From: Fidelibacterota bacterium
GTDB taxonomy: Bacteria > Fidelibacterota > UBA2242
Direction: 5' to 3'
DNA: 64,000 bases
Assembly: GCA_049975265.1 (NCBI GenBank)
Contig: JBNGDF010000003.1
Coordinates: 103,665-167,664, forward strand
The translations under genes were made by a program, and so were the position numbers. Positions 10,158 through 20,500 of this stretch are shown here, piece after piece. Each line of letters begins with the position of its first letter. Position 1 is the stretch's first letter. The notes under the pieces are model-generated. The model was not told where the DNA came from and did no database searches. It worked only from the letters and a program-made list of their open reading frames with translations.

Positions 10158-11108
10158 TTAGAGCTTGACTTCCAGACCTTCCACTGCCAGGAAAATGTCC
10201 AGATTACAATCGGGATAATTTATGTTGCTGTAGTCGATGGATTTTTGGAGAATGGCTTCAATCTCGAAATCGTCCCGTTCCGGTTCATGGTGAAAGAGGG
10301 CGAGACGTTTGACATCCGCCTGGACGGCGAAGTCGATACCCACCAGCGCCGAACTGTGTCCCCAATCCTCTTTATGAATCGCCTCTTCGAAGGTATATTG
10401 CGCATCAAAAACCAGCAGACCGGCGTTTTTAAAAAATTCCAAATATTTTTTTGTATTATTACTGGTTAAATCTTTATACTCCGAGTCGGTGGCGTACACA
10501 AAGGATTTGTCTTCGTAATCCACCCGGAATCCGAAGCAGCCGCCGGGGTGATACAGCGGAAAGTTCGTGATTTTTACTTCGCCAATATGGATACTGCCGT
10601 TATGCTCCAATTGAATAAACTCTTTTTTAGCGCCCATCTGGTTCAGGGCAACCGGGAAAAAGCGGTAATCCTGCTGGATTTCGAGCCGCTCTTTTAAGTT
10701 TGGATGACCGCTGTAGAAGTGGATAGTGTTATTGGGCAGAAAAGCCGGCGCAAAAAAAGGAAAACCGGACAGATGATCCCAGTGAGTATGAGTAATAAAA
10801 ATATGAAGATCTAGTCCTTCGGTCGTTTGATCATTTTTCATAATGTAGTTGCCGAGATTTTTTATCCCACTCCCCATATCGAAAATGATCAGCTGATTGT
10901 CCGCCCGAACTTCAATACAGGCGGTATTTCCGCCGATTGTGCCTACTTCCACGGGCGACAGGCTATCGATATAGCGATTGATTGCCGCCGGATCGGACAA
11001 CTGTTTTTCATTGATTTTATGGAGGATACGCTGGATTTTCTGTTTTATCTGAAGGCTGGTTTGAGGTGTAGGTATGGACCCTCTCACGCCCCAAAATTTG
11101 ACTTTCAT
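10158..11108 (-). CDS. MBL-fold metallo-hydrolase (phosphodiesterase-like)
   Basis: VKFWGVRGSIP, GGNTAC, THTHWDH, HPGG, DAQY, WGHS, FHHEP; start moved to ATG 11108 after GGAG. Confidence 0.88.
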   Translation of the reverse strand: MKVKFWGVRGSIPTPQTSLQIKQKIQRILHKINEKQLSDPAAINRYIDSLSPVEVGTIGGNTACIEVRADNQLIIFDMGSGIKNLGNYIMKNDQTTEGLDLHIFITHTHWDHLSGFPFFAPAFLPNNTIHFYSGHPNLKERLEIQQDYRFFPVALNQMGAKKEFIQLEHNGSIHIGEVKITNFPLYHPGGCFGFRVDYEDKSFVYATDSEYKDLTSNNTKKYLEFFKNAGLLVFDAQYTFEEAIHKEDWGHSSALVGIDFAVQADVKRLALFHHEPERDDFEIEAILQKSIDYSNINYPDCNLDIFLAVEGLEVKL

Positions 11109-11415
11109 CGGATTCTCCAATCGCTGACTGCTTGCTGATGTTGCCGCATTCTTCATTGTATGAAGACAATTTATCTTTTGGCAGAACATATTGCAATAAA
11201 AATTATGACCATTCGGAAAGGTTGTAAAAAGAGGAACGGCTCGTTATAAAAGCGGGACCGGTTTGGCTTCAGAAGTGATCCAGATTACACATTGTGAGTG
11301 GTGGGAACGAAGTTGTTGGAAATATTACTCACCGATGGCAATGCTTGGAATAAATGTAAAAACCGGCTAAATTTTTCCATGTTTTTCATCAATATTATGC
11401 AGAAAAGAGGAACCT

Positions 11416-13095
11416 ATGAAATACATGTTCATTCTCTTGCTGGTCGGGTTGGCGGTTTCCTGCTCTGACAAATCGGCGCAGGTGGAAATGGACGCCCGGC
11501 AATTGATCGATAGTCTGACGGTAGTAGTAAAGCCTCTTCAAAAAGAGAGCGCCCTGGCATATTGGAATGCCTCCGCCAGCGGTGAGGATCAATACTATGA
11601 CCGTTATGCGGAGTTGAACATGGAATTAACGGAAGTCTTTTCCAATCCGCAGACTTTCAAGAAGCTGGAACGTTTTAAAAGCGCCAAAATCAGGAATCCG
11701 GAGTTAGCCCGGCAGGTCGAGCTGCTCTATTTGCAGTTTTTAGCCAATCAGACCGATCCCGAACTGCTCAATCAAATCACGCGGTTATCTACACAGGTGG
11801 AGCAACGGTTCAATACTTTCCGGGCAGTCGTGGATGGTAAACAATTAAGTACGAACGAGATTAAAGAGATCTTATCAAGCAGCAAAGACCAGGAGCTGCG
11901 TAGAAAGGTCTGGGAGGCGTCGAAGCAGGTTGGTCCGTTGGTGGAGAAGGATTTTATCAGGTTGGTGGAATTACGTAACCAATCCGCCCGGGCTGTCGGA
12001 TTCGACAATTTTTATGAAATGCAATTAATTCTCGGAGAACAGGAACCGGCGGAAATTGAACGCATTTTTACAGAGTTGGATGAGACTACCCGTCAACCCT
12101 TTGTTGAAATAAAGCAAGAGATCGATCAGAATCTGGCGGAACAGTTCGGAATCTCACCTGCGGAGCTGCGCCCCTGGCACTATTCGGATCCCTTTTTTCA
12201 GGAGGCTCCGGTGGTGACAGAGGTCAATCTTGATCAGTACTATCAGGATCAGGATGTGGTTGAATTAGCCCGCCAGTTTTATAACAGCATCGGTATAAAT
12301 GTGGATACAATCCTTGAAAACAGTGATCTGTACGAACGGGAGAATAAATATCCCCACGCCTACTGTACCAACATCGATCATGAGGGGGACGTCCGGGTAA
12401 TGATGAATGTCAATCCGACTGAAGCCTGGATGTCGACGGCGTTGCATGAACTGGGGCACGCCGTTTATGATCTGAAACAGGATTTCAGTGCGCCCTATTT
12501 TTTGCGGGGACCGACACACGCCTTTACAACCGAGGCAGTGGCGATTTTCTTCGAGCGCCTGTCCAAAAATCCCAACTGGATGCAGCAAGCGCTGAATCTG
12601 ACGGATCAACAGAAGCGGGCTATTAGCGATTTGACCGCCAAAACACTCCGGATGGAAAAACTGGTCTTTGCGCGCTGGTCTCTGGTGATGCTGAATTTCG
12701 AGAAGGAATTGTATGCCGATCCCACTCAGGATTTGAATGTATTATGGTGGGACCTGGTGGAGAAATACCAGATGGTAAACCGTCCGGAGGGGCGAAATAT
12801 GCCCGATTATGCCGCCAAGATTCACATCTGTCTCTATCCGGTCTATTATCACAACTACCAGCTGGGTGGTCTGCTAGAGGCACAATTTCGGAAGGCACTG
12901 GCACGCAGTCAGGACCTGAAAAATGTACAGGATATTCGTTATATGAATAATCCCGAAGTTGGTCGCTTTTTTGTCGAAAAGGTCTTTTTTCCCGGCAAGC
13001 GCTACCGCTGGGACGAGATGATTATCCGTGCCACTGGCGAGAGGCTGACTTCCCGCTATTTTACTGAGCAGTTGAGATCGGCGGTTGGAAATTGA
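11416..13095 (+). CDS. M2/M3-family zinc metallopeptidase, lipoprotein
   Basis: Lipobox LAVSC; LHELGHAVY zinc motif plus downstream E (TTEAVA); YYHNY. Confidence 0.85.
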   Translation: MKYMFILLLVGLAVSCSDKSAQVEMDARQLIDSLTVVVKPLQKESALAYWNASASGEDQYYDRYAELNMELTEVFSNPQTFKKLERFKSAKIRNPELARQVELLYLQFLANQTDPELLNQITRLSTQVEQRFNTFRAVVDGKQLSTNEIKEILSSSKDQELRRKVWEASKQVGPLVEKDFIRLVELRNQSARAVGFDNFYEMQLILGEQEPAEIERIFTELDETTRQPFVEIKQEIDQNLAEQFGISPAELRPWHYSDPFFQEAPVVTEVNLDQYYQDQDVVELARQFYNSIGINVDTILENSDLYERENKYPHAYCTNIDHEGDVRVMMNVNPTEAWMSTALHELGHAVYDLKQDFSAPYFLRGPTHAFTTEAVAIFFERLSKNPNWMQQALNLTDQQKRAISDLTAKTLRMEKLVFARWSLVMLNFEKELYADPTQDLNVLWWDLVEKYQMVNRPEGRNMPDYAAKIHICLYPVYYHNYQLGGLLEAQFRKALARSQDLKNVQDIRYMNNPEVGRFFVEKVFFPGKRYRWDEMIIRATGERLTSRYFTEQLRSAVGN

Positions 13096-13274
13096 GTAAA
13101 ACCTCGATAAAGAACCTCTTTCGGTATCTTTTTCTGCTGTGGGGAGCTCTGGAGTGTACGAAAGTGCTTGACAGTTAGAAATTTATCCATAATTTTCAAG
13201 CTACATTTTAAATGGGGAGGGGGAACCAGGTAAACATCCCGCAATATGTATCAACAAACCATTTTTAGGAAAAA

Positions 13275-15608
13275 TTGATTTTTATGCTACTGGGAGCGTG
13301 CCGGAAAAAGACTGTACGGACCAACAGGTTCATATTTTGTTTCAAAAGCTTATTATTTGCATTAGTATTGGCGTTATTACATTTTCAAACTCCCGCTGCC
13401 GATAAGGTCGTTACCGTAGTCATGAAAGGTGATGAGACTCTGCGTTCCCTGGCGGTGAAATATTTTGGGGAGCCGAACGATTGGGAGGTGATTCTTTTTT
13501 ACAACGGATATAAATCTGCCGGTGAGGTGAACATTGGCGCTTCTTTGAAAATCCCGATCGGTTTGTATAAGAAGCTGGTTGCGAAATTGGCTGAAGTCCA
13601 GCAAGTCATCACGCAGGCGAACTCGGAAGGTGCCGGTATTCTGGCAAGGGAATTAATTGAAGCTGCCACACTTGCCCAGAAGGAGGCGATCGAGCTGAAA
13701 AAAAAGGGCAAACTCGATTCGGCATTTGAAAAGGTGCTGACGGCGGCAAGTTCCGCCAACGAAGCCATCCGGCAGACGAAAGCGAAGCGGATTCAGGCGA
13801 TCAGCGCCATTCTTTCGGAAAAGAAAGGGAAAGTCCAATCGCGCAAAAAAGATCAGACCATTTGGTACGATGCGAATAAAGACCAGGAATTGATCGAGAA
13901 AGAACATATCCGAACCATGAGTGGTGCAGCGGGTGAAATATCTTTTATTGACGGCAGCAAACTAAATTTAAGTGAAAATTCTCTGGCGGTGATTGAAGCC
14001 ATGAAACAGGACTTGGTAAAAAATACGAATACCTCGAGTGTCGTTGTCCTGCAGGGCGATATCATGGCTTATCTGTCGTCCCAAAGCAAGAAAAACCAGG
14101 TAAACGTATCCGCACCGGGTGTGGAGACCGATATCCGGTCGCGCAGCTTTAGAGCATCCCGGGATGCAAACAACGTGACCAAATTCGCCAACTATGATGG
14201 TGAAATCGACGTTAAAGCCGCCGGCGCCCAGGTTACCATCCACAAGAATGAAGGAACCTCGATTGCGCCCGGTCAGAAACCGAAAGAGGTTCGAAAACTG
14301 CTCGATCCGCCCAAAATTATTACACCGACATCAAGGCAGAAATTTTTTACCGACCAGGTCCCGCTGAAATGGGAGGCGGTACCGGAAGCGCTGGCATATC
14401 AACTGCAAATTGCCACCGCCCGTTCATTTTCTGATAGAATTGTTGATCAGAATGTTCGTGGTAATCCGGAATTTCAATGGCGTTCCGGTGGAACCGGGGT
14501 GTTTTATGCCCGCCTAGCCTCCATTGACCGGGAGAACTTCACCGGTGCTTTCTCAAACGTTGTCGAATTTTATGTGGATCGGGATGTCACACCACCGTTT
14601 TTACTGGTTGATAAACCCGATAACAATGTTAGTGTTTTTCAACCGGTCATTACGGTGTCCGGGGATGCGGAGTACGGCGCCGCTCTTTTCATCGGCAAGG
14701 ATTCGGTTGTGATTGCCGAAAATGGACAATTCAGCCATCAGTACAGCTTGATGCCGGGGGAAAACAGGCTTCTTATCCAGGCGGTTGATCAGGCTGGCAA
14801 TAAATCCCGGACCGAGCGGATTGTTCATTATAATGCCGATGATAATTTAATTCACCTGAATAGCGAAAAGACGATTGTCACCAATCGCGCCGAATATGCC
14901 ATTATGGGTTCGACAAAACCGGGCTCGGTCATCCAGATCGACGGTCAGGCGGTGAATCTGGCTGGTAACGACTTCAATCACATCGTATATTTAAAAGAGG
15001 GTGTGAACAACGTTACTATTCAGGCGACTTCCGCCAAAGGAGATACCCAGTCACTGACCCTGACGCTGACTCTGGATCAATCGGAGCCCGAAATCGATCT
15101 CGGCGATATTCCTTCGTTCACTCGGGAAGCGAATATTGAAATCGTGGGGACCGTGAGTGAGGAGAGCCGGGTTTTGGTAAATAAAAAGGAGTTTCCGGTG
15201 ACCAATTTCCGGTTTAGCGCGGGACTGTCACTGGCGGAGGGTGAAAACCTTGTGGAGCTCGTTGCGGAGGATGTGGCGGGAAATCAGACAATGATCGAAA
15301 TCGAGATATTTCGGGATACCGAAAAGCCGGAAATTATCCGGACAGATCTGACTCCGGAGAGCGTCAAAGGTGGCGAGCTGATTCAAATATCTGTCGCTGC
15401 CTGCGACGAAGGTGTTGGTCTGGCGCGCAACGGAAAGTACAATCTGGAAATCAGTGGCGGAGGGCAGAGTTTTTCAGGCATGTTGAGTCTTAGTTCCGGA
15501 AATAATTATACCGGTACTCTCATGATTCCGCCGGGTGTCCAGGGAAAATTGATCATCAATGAACTGGTTATTCAGGATTATCTGGGCAATCAGGCGGATT
15601 ATCCATAA
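13275..15608 (+). CDS. LysM + FecR domain protein with C-terminal Ig/FN3-like repeats
   Basis: KGDETLRSLAVKYFG..WEVILFYN (LysM-like); IRTMSGAAGEISFIDGSKLNLSENS and YDGEIDV (FecR); repeated GxN...A.D.AGN Ig modules; start uncertain. Confidence 0.8.
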   Translation: MIFMLLGACRKKTVRTNRFIFCFKSLLFALVLALLHFQTPAADKVVTVVMKGDETLRSLAVKYFGEPNDWEVILFYNGYKSAGEVNIGASLKIPIGLYKKLVAKLAEVQQVITQANSEGAGILARELIEAATLAQKEAIELKKKGKLDSAFEKVLTAASSANEAIRQTKAKRIQAISAILSEKKGKVQSRKKDQTIWYDANKDQELIEKEHIRTMSGAAGEISFIDGSKLNLSENSLAVIEAMKQDLVKNTNTSSVVVLQGDIMAYLSSQSKKNQVNVSAPGVETDIRSRSFRASRDANNVTKFANYDGEIDVKAAGAQVTIHKNEGTSIAPGQKPKEVRKLLDPPKIITPTSRQKFFTDQVPLKWEAVPEALAYQLQIATARSFSDRIVDQNVRGNPEFQWRSGGTGVFYARLASIDRENFTGAFSNVVEFYVDRDVTPPFLLVDKPDNNVSVFQPVITVSGDAEYGAALFIGKDSVVIAENGQFSHQYSLMPGENRLLIQAVDQAGNKSRTERIVHYNADDNLIHLNSEKTIVTNRAEYAIMGSTKPGSVIQIDGQAVNLAGNDFNHIVYLKEGVNNVTIQATSAKGDTQSLTLTLTLDQSEPEIDLGDIPSFTREANIEIVGTVSEESRVLVNKKEFPVTNFRFSAGLSLAEGENLVELVAEDVAGNQTMIEIEIFRDTEKPEIIRTDLTPESVKGGELIQISVAACDEGVGLARNGKYNLEISGGGQSFSGMLSLSSGNNYTGTLMIPPGVQGKLIINELVIQDYLGNQADYP

Positions 15609-15631
15609 TATACTACTGAGGGGGTATCTTT

Positions 15632-17494
15632 TTGAATTTTCATAAACTTTTTCGATCGTCACTTCTGAAAAAATTTCTACTGGCGTTTTTTATCGTTACC
15701 CTGGTACCGCTGATCATTGCCGAATATTTCACCATGAAAATGGCAGAAGATGAGCTGAAATCGGTTCTCAACGAGGAGTATTATTTGATCGTTGACCAGC
15801 TTCGGCGGGTTGTGGACGAGGTGTATATCGGCAACTGGTTATCCAATCTGAAATCCACCGCCGAATTTATCCGGAAAGATCCCTATATGTCAATGGAGCT
15901 GATCAACTCGCTTCTCAACTCAAAACTGCACCAGATTGATGATATGATCATTCTGATTTTAAAGTTGGAGGATTCCGGCGAGCAGCTTTCGACAATGAAG
16001 AATGAGGATGTAGTAGCGCTGTATCAGCAGGACCCTGACAAAGTCGCTGAATTGATCCAGTTTTCCGGGCTGTCGGGCGACGCCGGTTTTATCATTCACG
16101 CGCCGATCTTACTCCCTGTTAGTGGCAATTCCTATCTGCCTATTGAGGTGCCGATCGTATGGGCAGACGGACAGCGTGCGGTACTGCGCGGGGTGTTTAA
16201 TTTGAACTCCATCCTGGAATTCATCTCCACCGAAATAACCATCGGGGCAAGGGAACTCTATATCGTGAATGAAAACGGGTCGGTGGTCTTTAGTAATAAT
16301 ACGAAATTTGCGTCGGGTGACACGCTGCTTTATCCAATTATGGCGATGGTGAAAAATGGATTGAGCGGCGAAGCCCGGATTTCCAGGATCGAGCCTTTTG
16401 CCTATCAGGATGTTGGCTATCTCAGTAATTTTGCTGTTTCTCAGTATGTCAAATGGGGGATCATCGTTGCCGATGAATCCAGCCGTGCCTATGCTATGGT
16501 GGAGCAGGCGAAGCGGGACATAGTTAAGTGGGTAGCCCTTGCCATCGCCCTGTGCGTTGTATTTTCTGTCATTTTTGCCCGCTACTTTTCCAATGCCATC
16601 CGCTATCTGACGCGAGTCGCCAAAAAAATCGGGGGTGGACAATTTGATGTAGAGGTCAATGTAAAATCAAAGGACGAACTCGGTCAACTGGGTGAATCGC
16701 TGCAGGAGATGGCGGTTAGTTTGGGTGAAGCGGTCAAGGTGAAAGAGGAGCTGTTTGCGATTCAGGCGGAGGTAAAGATTGCCAGTCGGATTCAGCAATC
16801 TATTTTACCGGTAGGCGGACCGAATCTGCAAGGGCTTGGTTTCGCCGCGCGCTATATTCCCATGGAGGGCGTCGCCGGTGATTTTTACGATTTCCATGTC
16901 ATTGATGATAAAAGCGTAGGCGTGCTGGTAGCGGACGTTTCGGGACACGGTATTCCGGCGGCAATGATCAGCACCATGGTCAAGGTGACCTTCTCCCAGC
17001 AGGGGAGTATCGGTACTGATGCCTCGATGGTGCTGAATGAAATGAATCGCTTATTGACCGGTAAGATGGAGGATCAGTTTCTGACCGCTATGTATCTGTA
17101 TATCGATTTGGCGGCGAAAAAACTGGTCACCGCCGATGCTGGTCACTGTCCGCTGTACATCTGGCGGCGTAAAGAGCGGGAGATGCTGCGCGTCAAACCG
17201 AAAGGGATGATCATCGGCTTTCTACCCGATATTAATTGCCCGACCGAGGAGACGCCGCTGAAAGCGGGCGACCGGCTGGTCATGTACACGGACGGGATTG
17301 TGGAAGCCGCCAATCCGCAAGGGGAGCTTTTCGGCGATGAACGATTGATTGAGCTGATTAAAACTCATCAGCAGGCAGAGCCGGAAGTGTTTATTGATCT
17401 GGTAATGGACAGATTAAAAGGCTGGGTCGGTGCGGATAAGAGGACCTTTGAAGATGATCTGACGATGGTGGTGATGGACATTAACAGGAAATAA
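15632..17494 (+). CDS. Membrane-bound SpoIIE/RsbU PP2C phosphatase with Cache-like sensor and HAMP domains
   Basis: Two TM helices around a periplasmic region, HAMP (SKDELGQL), ASRIQQSILP, AGDFYD, ADVSGHG, YTDGIVE, EDDLT. Confidence 0.92.
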   Translation: MNFHKLFRSSLLKKFLLAFFIVTLVPLIIAEYFTMKMAEDELKSVLNEEYYLIVDQLRRVVDEVYIGNWLSNLKSTAEFIRKDPYMSMELINSLLNSKLHQIDDMIILILKLEDSGEQLSTMKNEDVVALYQQDPDKVAELIQFSGLSGDAGFIIHAPILLPVSGNSYLPIEVPIVWADGQRAVLRGVFNLNSILEFISTEITIGARELYIVNENGSVVFSNNTKFASGDTLLYPIMAMVKNGLSGEARISRIEPFAYQDVGYLSNFAVSQYVKWGIIVADESSRAYAMVEQAKRDIVKWVALAIALCVVFSVIFARYFSNAIRYLTRVAKKIGGGQFDVEVNVKSKDELGQLGESLQEMAVSLGEAVKVKEELFAIQAEVKIASRIQQSILPVGGPNLQGLGFAARYIPMEGVAGDFYDFHVIDDKSVGVLVADVSGHGIPAAMISTMVKVTFSQQGSIGTDASMVLNEMNRLLTGKMEDQFLTAMYLYIDLAAKKLVTADAGHCPLYIWRRKEREMLRVKPKGMIIGFLPDINCPTEETPLKAGDRLVMYTDGIVEAANPQGELFGDERLIELIKTHQQAEPEVFIDLVMDRLKGWVGADKRTFEDDLTMVVMDINRK

Positions 17495-17524
17495 ATCCAA
17501 ATTTTTTCAAATTTTGAATACAAA

Positions 17525-20500
17525 ATGACGGGTAACTTTATGAAAATGATAAAAATTCTGCTGCTGTGTTTCATTCCGCTGTTGATGAATGCCCAGATCA
17601 TAGATCAGAATTTTATAATCACCGCCGGGATTGAAGCTGGTCTTGATAAGGGAGACAGTCTCTGTCGAACGGTAATCAATGTGGAAGTTCCGGCTACGTA
17701 TCCCGGAATGGTGCATTTCCGGGTCTTTGATGCCGATCTGGGCGATACTTATGATAATCCGGGACGTGATTCCCGGACCCGTTATCTGGTATTCGGTGAA
17801 CGGGGCATTTTCGAATCCATATTTTCCATCAGAGATTCCATAGACGTAAATACAGCGCTGGTAAATCTGATTCTGGGTCAGGATACCTATTATGATAACC
17901 GCTGGCGAACGATTGGAAGTTTTCAGACTAGCCGGGGGCACGTCAGGGAAGATAGGGCTCGCTTTCAGATAGTGGTCGACGGTATTAGTGGTTCCGGTCG
18001 CAATCGCTATCAGATATTTGTATCGGCGGATGACAAGCGCAACGAATTCATTGAAGGTGCTATTATAAGCTCACCGGCAATGTCTCTGCGGATGGCGACA
18101 AACCCCACCATGAGCACGCAGATCACTTTTCCCATCCCGTCCGGCTGCGACACAATTTTCGTAAATAATTTTGATGGCGATTTGGAGCGAAGTCCGAATA
18201 AAATCGTTTTCGAATCCAATTTCCGCAACAGCATCCCGATCAAAGGTTCGGGCGACGGCGAACTCGTCACAACGGTTATCCCGGTGCAGAACGAGGAGCA
18301 GGGTCGTACCGCCGCAATCGTAATTGAGGGAAATATTGCCACCAATAATATTCAGCTGTGGATTACAGATAAAGCCGGTAAAATTCTCGAATTCAATTAT
18401 CCACCCCGGCTGGCACGCCGTAATACTCTGCCGGAACCAAAATTTAAGGTCATTCCGCTGGCAGATTGCAATACATTGATTCTTGATGCGACGGAATCCT
18501 CCGATGCCGACGGAGATGAGCTATCCTTTCAGTGGTATTTTGAAGACGGTACATCAGAGGAGGGTGTCCGAATCGCCCATGACTTCAAGAAGCCCGGCAA
18601 GCATGCGGTAAAACTGCTGGTGATTGATAATTCCATCTACGTTGCCAATACCTCCCGATTGACACAGATGGTTGTCATTAATGAGCCGCCGAGAGCAGCA
18701 ATCGAGGCTCCGGAAAAGGCGGCACCCTATCAGACGGTGTACTTTGATGCCCATAAGTCCTATGACACCGACGGCAATATACTTGCTTACCAGTGGAATA
18801 TGGGTGACGGCAGCGCAAAGTCCGGTGTCCGGGTCAGTCACCGCTATACGCGTCCGGGAAATTATTCCGTTACACTCACGGTGGAAGACGATGGGACGAC
18901 CCTCTGTACGAAAGGAAAAACATCTACCAGTATCTGGATCAATCGCTCGCCGCAGGCTCGTTTTAATCTGGTGAAAAATCTGATCGCAGTCGACGAATCG
19001 GTTTCCATGGATGCTAACGGATCCATTGACAGCGACGGCGAAATTGTCGGATATTATTGGGATTTTGGCGACGGCAATAAAGCCGAAGGTATCAGCACGA
19101 GTCACCGCTACAGCCAGCCGGGAAAATATACAGTTCAGTTAACGGTGCGTGATGATTCCGATCTGGCGAATGCCGAGTCCTATTTGCGCGAGGAGATCAC
19201 CGTCAATGCGCCACCAGTGGCACAAGCCGAGATTCCAGCCGTGGTAGCCGTCAATGAACTGGTGGTTATGGACGCCACAGAATCCGTAGACCCTGATGGT
19301 CAGCTGTCAGAATATCGCTGGAGTCTGGGCGACGGTTCAGTGAAAGCCGGTTCCAAAATCAGTCATCAATATACAGAATCCGGAACATATCCGATTACAT
19401 TAACGGTTATTGACAATACCACTACATTGAACAATTCGGACGAGGCACACTATTCAATCCGGGTGAACGATCCACCGGTTCCCGACGCCGGCGGTGATCG
19501 TCTGGTGAACGAAAGCGTTGTGGAATTTGATGCCGGCGGGTCCCGGGACAGTGATGATGATATTATCGAATACCGTTGGGATTTTGGCGACGGGCAGACC
19601 GGTAACGGAATAAAGGTGTCACATGTTTATGCCTCTCCCGGAACCTATGAAGTCACTCTGACGATTAAAGATGCATCGGGGACAAAAACCGCCATTCAAT
19701 CCCAAAACGTCACGGTTACCGTTAATAGTCCGCCGGTGGCTGATGCCGGGCGTGAACAGATTGTGGCTGTTGGCGAAAAAGTCCGATTTAGAGGTGGATT
19801 TTCCAGCGATGCCGACGGAAAAATCGTGACCTACCGGTGGACAGTCGATGAAGGAGTCGTTCTGGAAGGCAAAAATGTTACCCATGTTTATGAGAAACCG
19901 GGAATATACCAGGCACAACTGCTGGTCATTGATAATGATGGAGCGGAGGATATTCACACCGTTACGGTCTGGGTGAATACGCCTCCAGTGGCGAAAATTC
20001 CACCCTTGCCCCGCCTTGCACCGGGTCAGGTAATTACATTTGACGGCGGCATGTCCTATGATATTGACGGACAACTGGAGCTCTATAAGTGGGATTTTGG
20101 AGACGGAAGTCTGGTGAAAGAAGGTCGAGCAGTCAAATACAGTTTCAAAGAGCCTGGTCGTTTTACCGTCACCCTGACGGTGAAGGATAATTCCAATGCG
20201 GCAAACGGGATCAGTAAGGCGAGCCGGACGGTGGCGGTCAATTATCCCCCGAAACCCGATTGTGGTGACGACATTGTGACCTGTGATCAGACCATTCTCT
20301 TTGATGCAAGTAACAGCTCCGACGCCGATAAAGACCAGCTGACCTATTTCTGGGATTTCGGTGACGGTAATGTTGGTTCGGGTATGAAATATAAGTACAT
20401 TTATCAGCAGCCGGGAGTCTATCCGGTTACGCTGCGGGTGAATGACGGTCAGGGTCTGGCAAATTCAATCCAGCAGCAGATTATCCGGGTTCAGATCAAT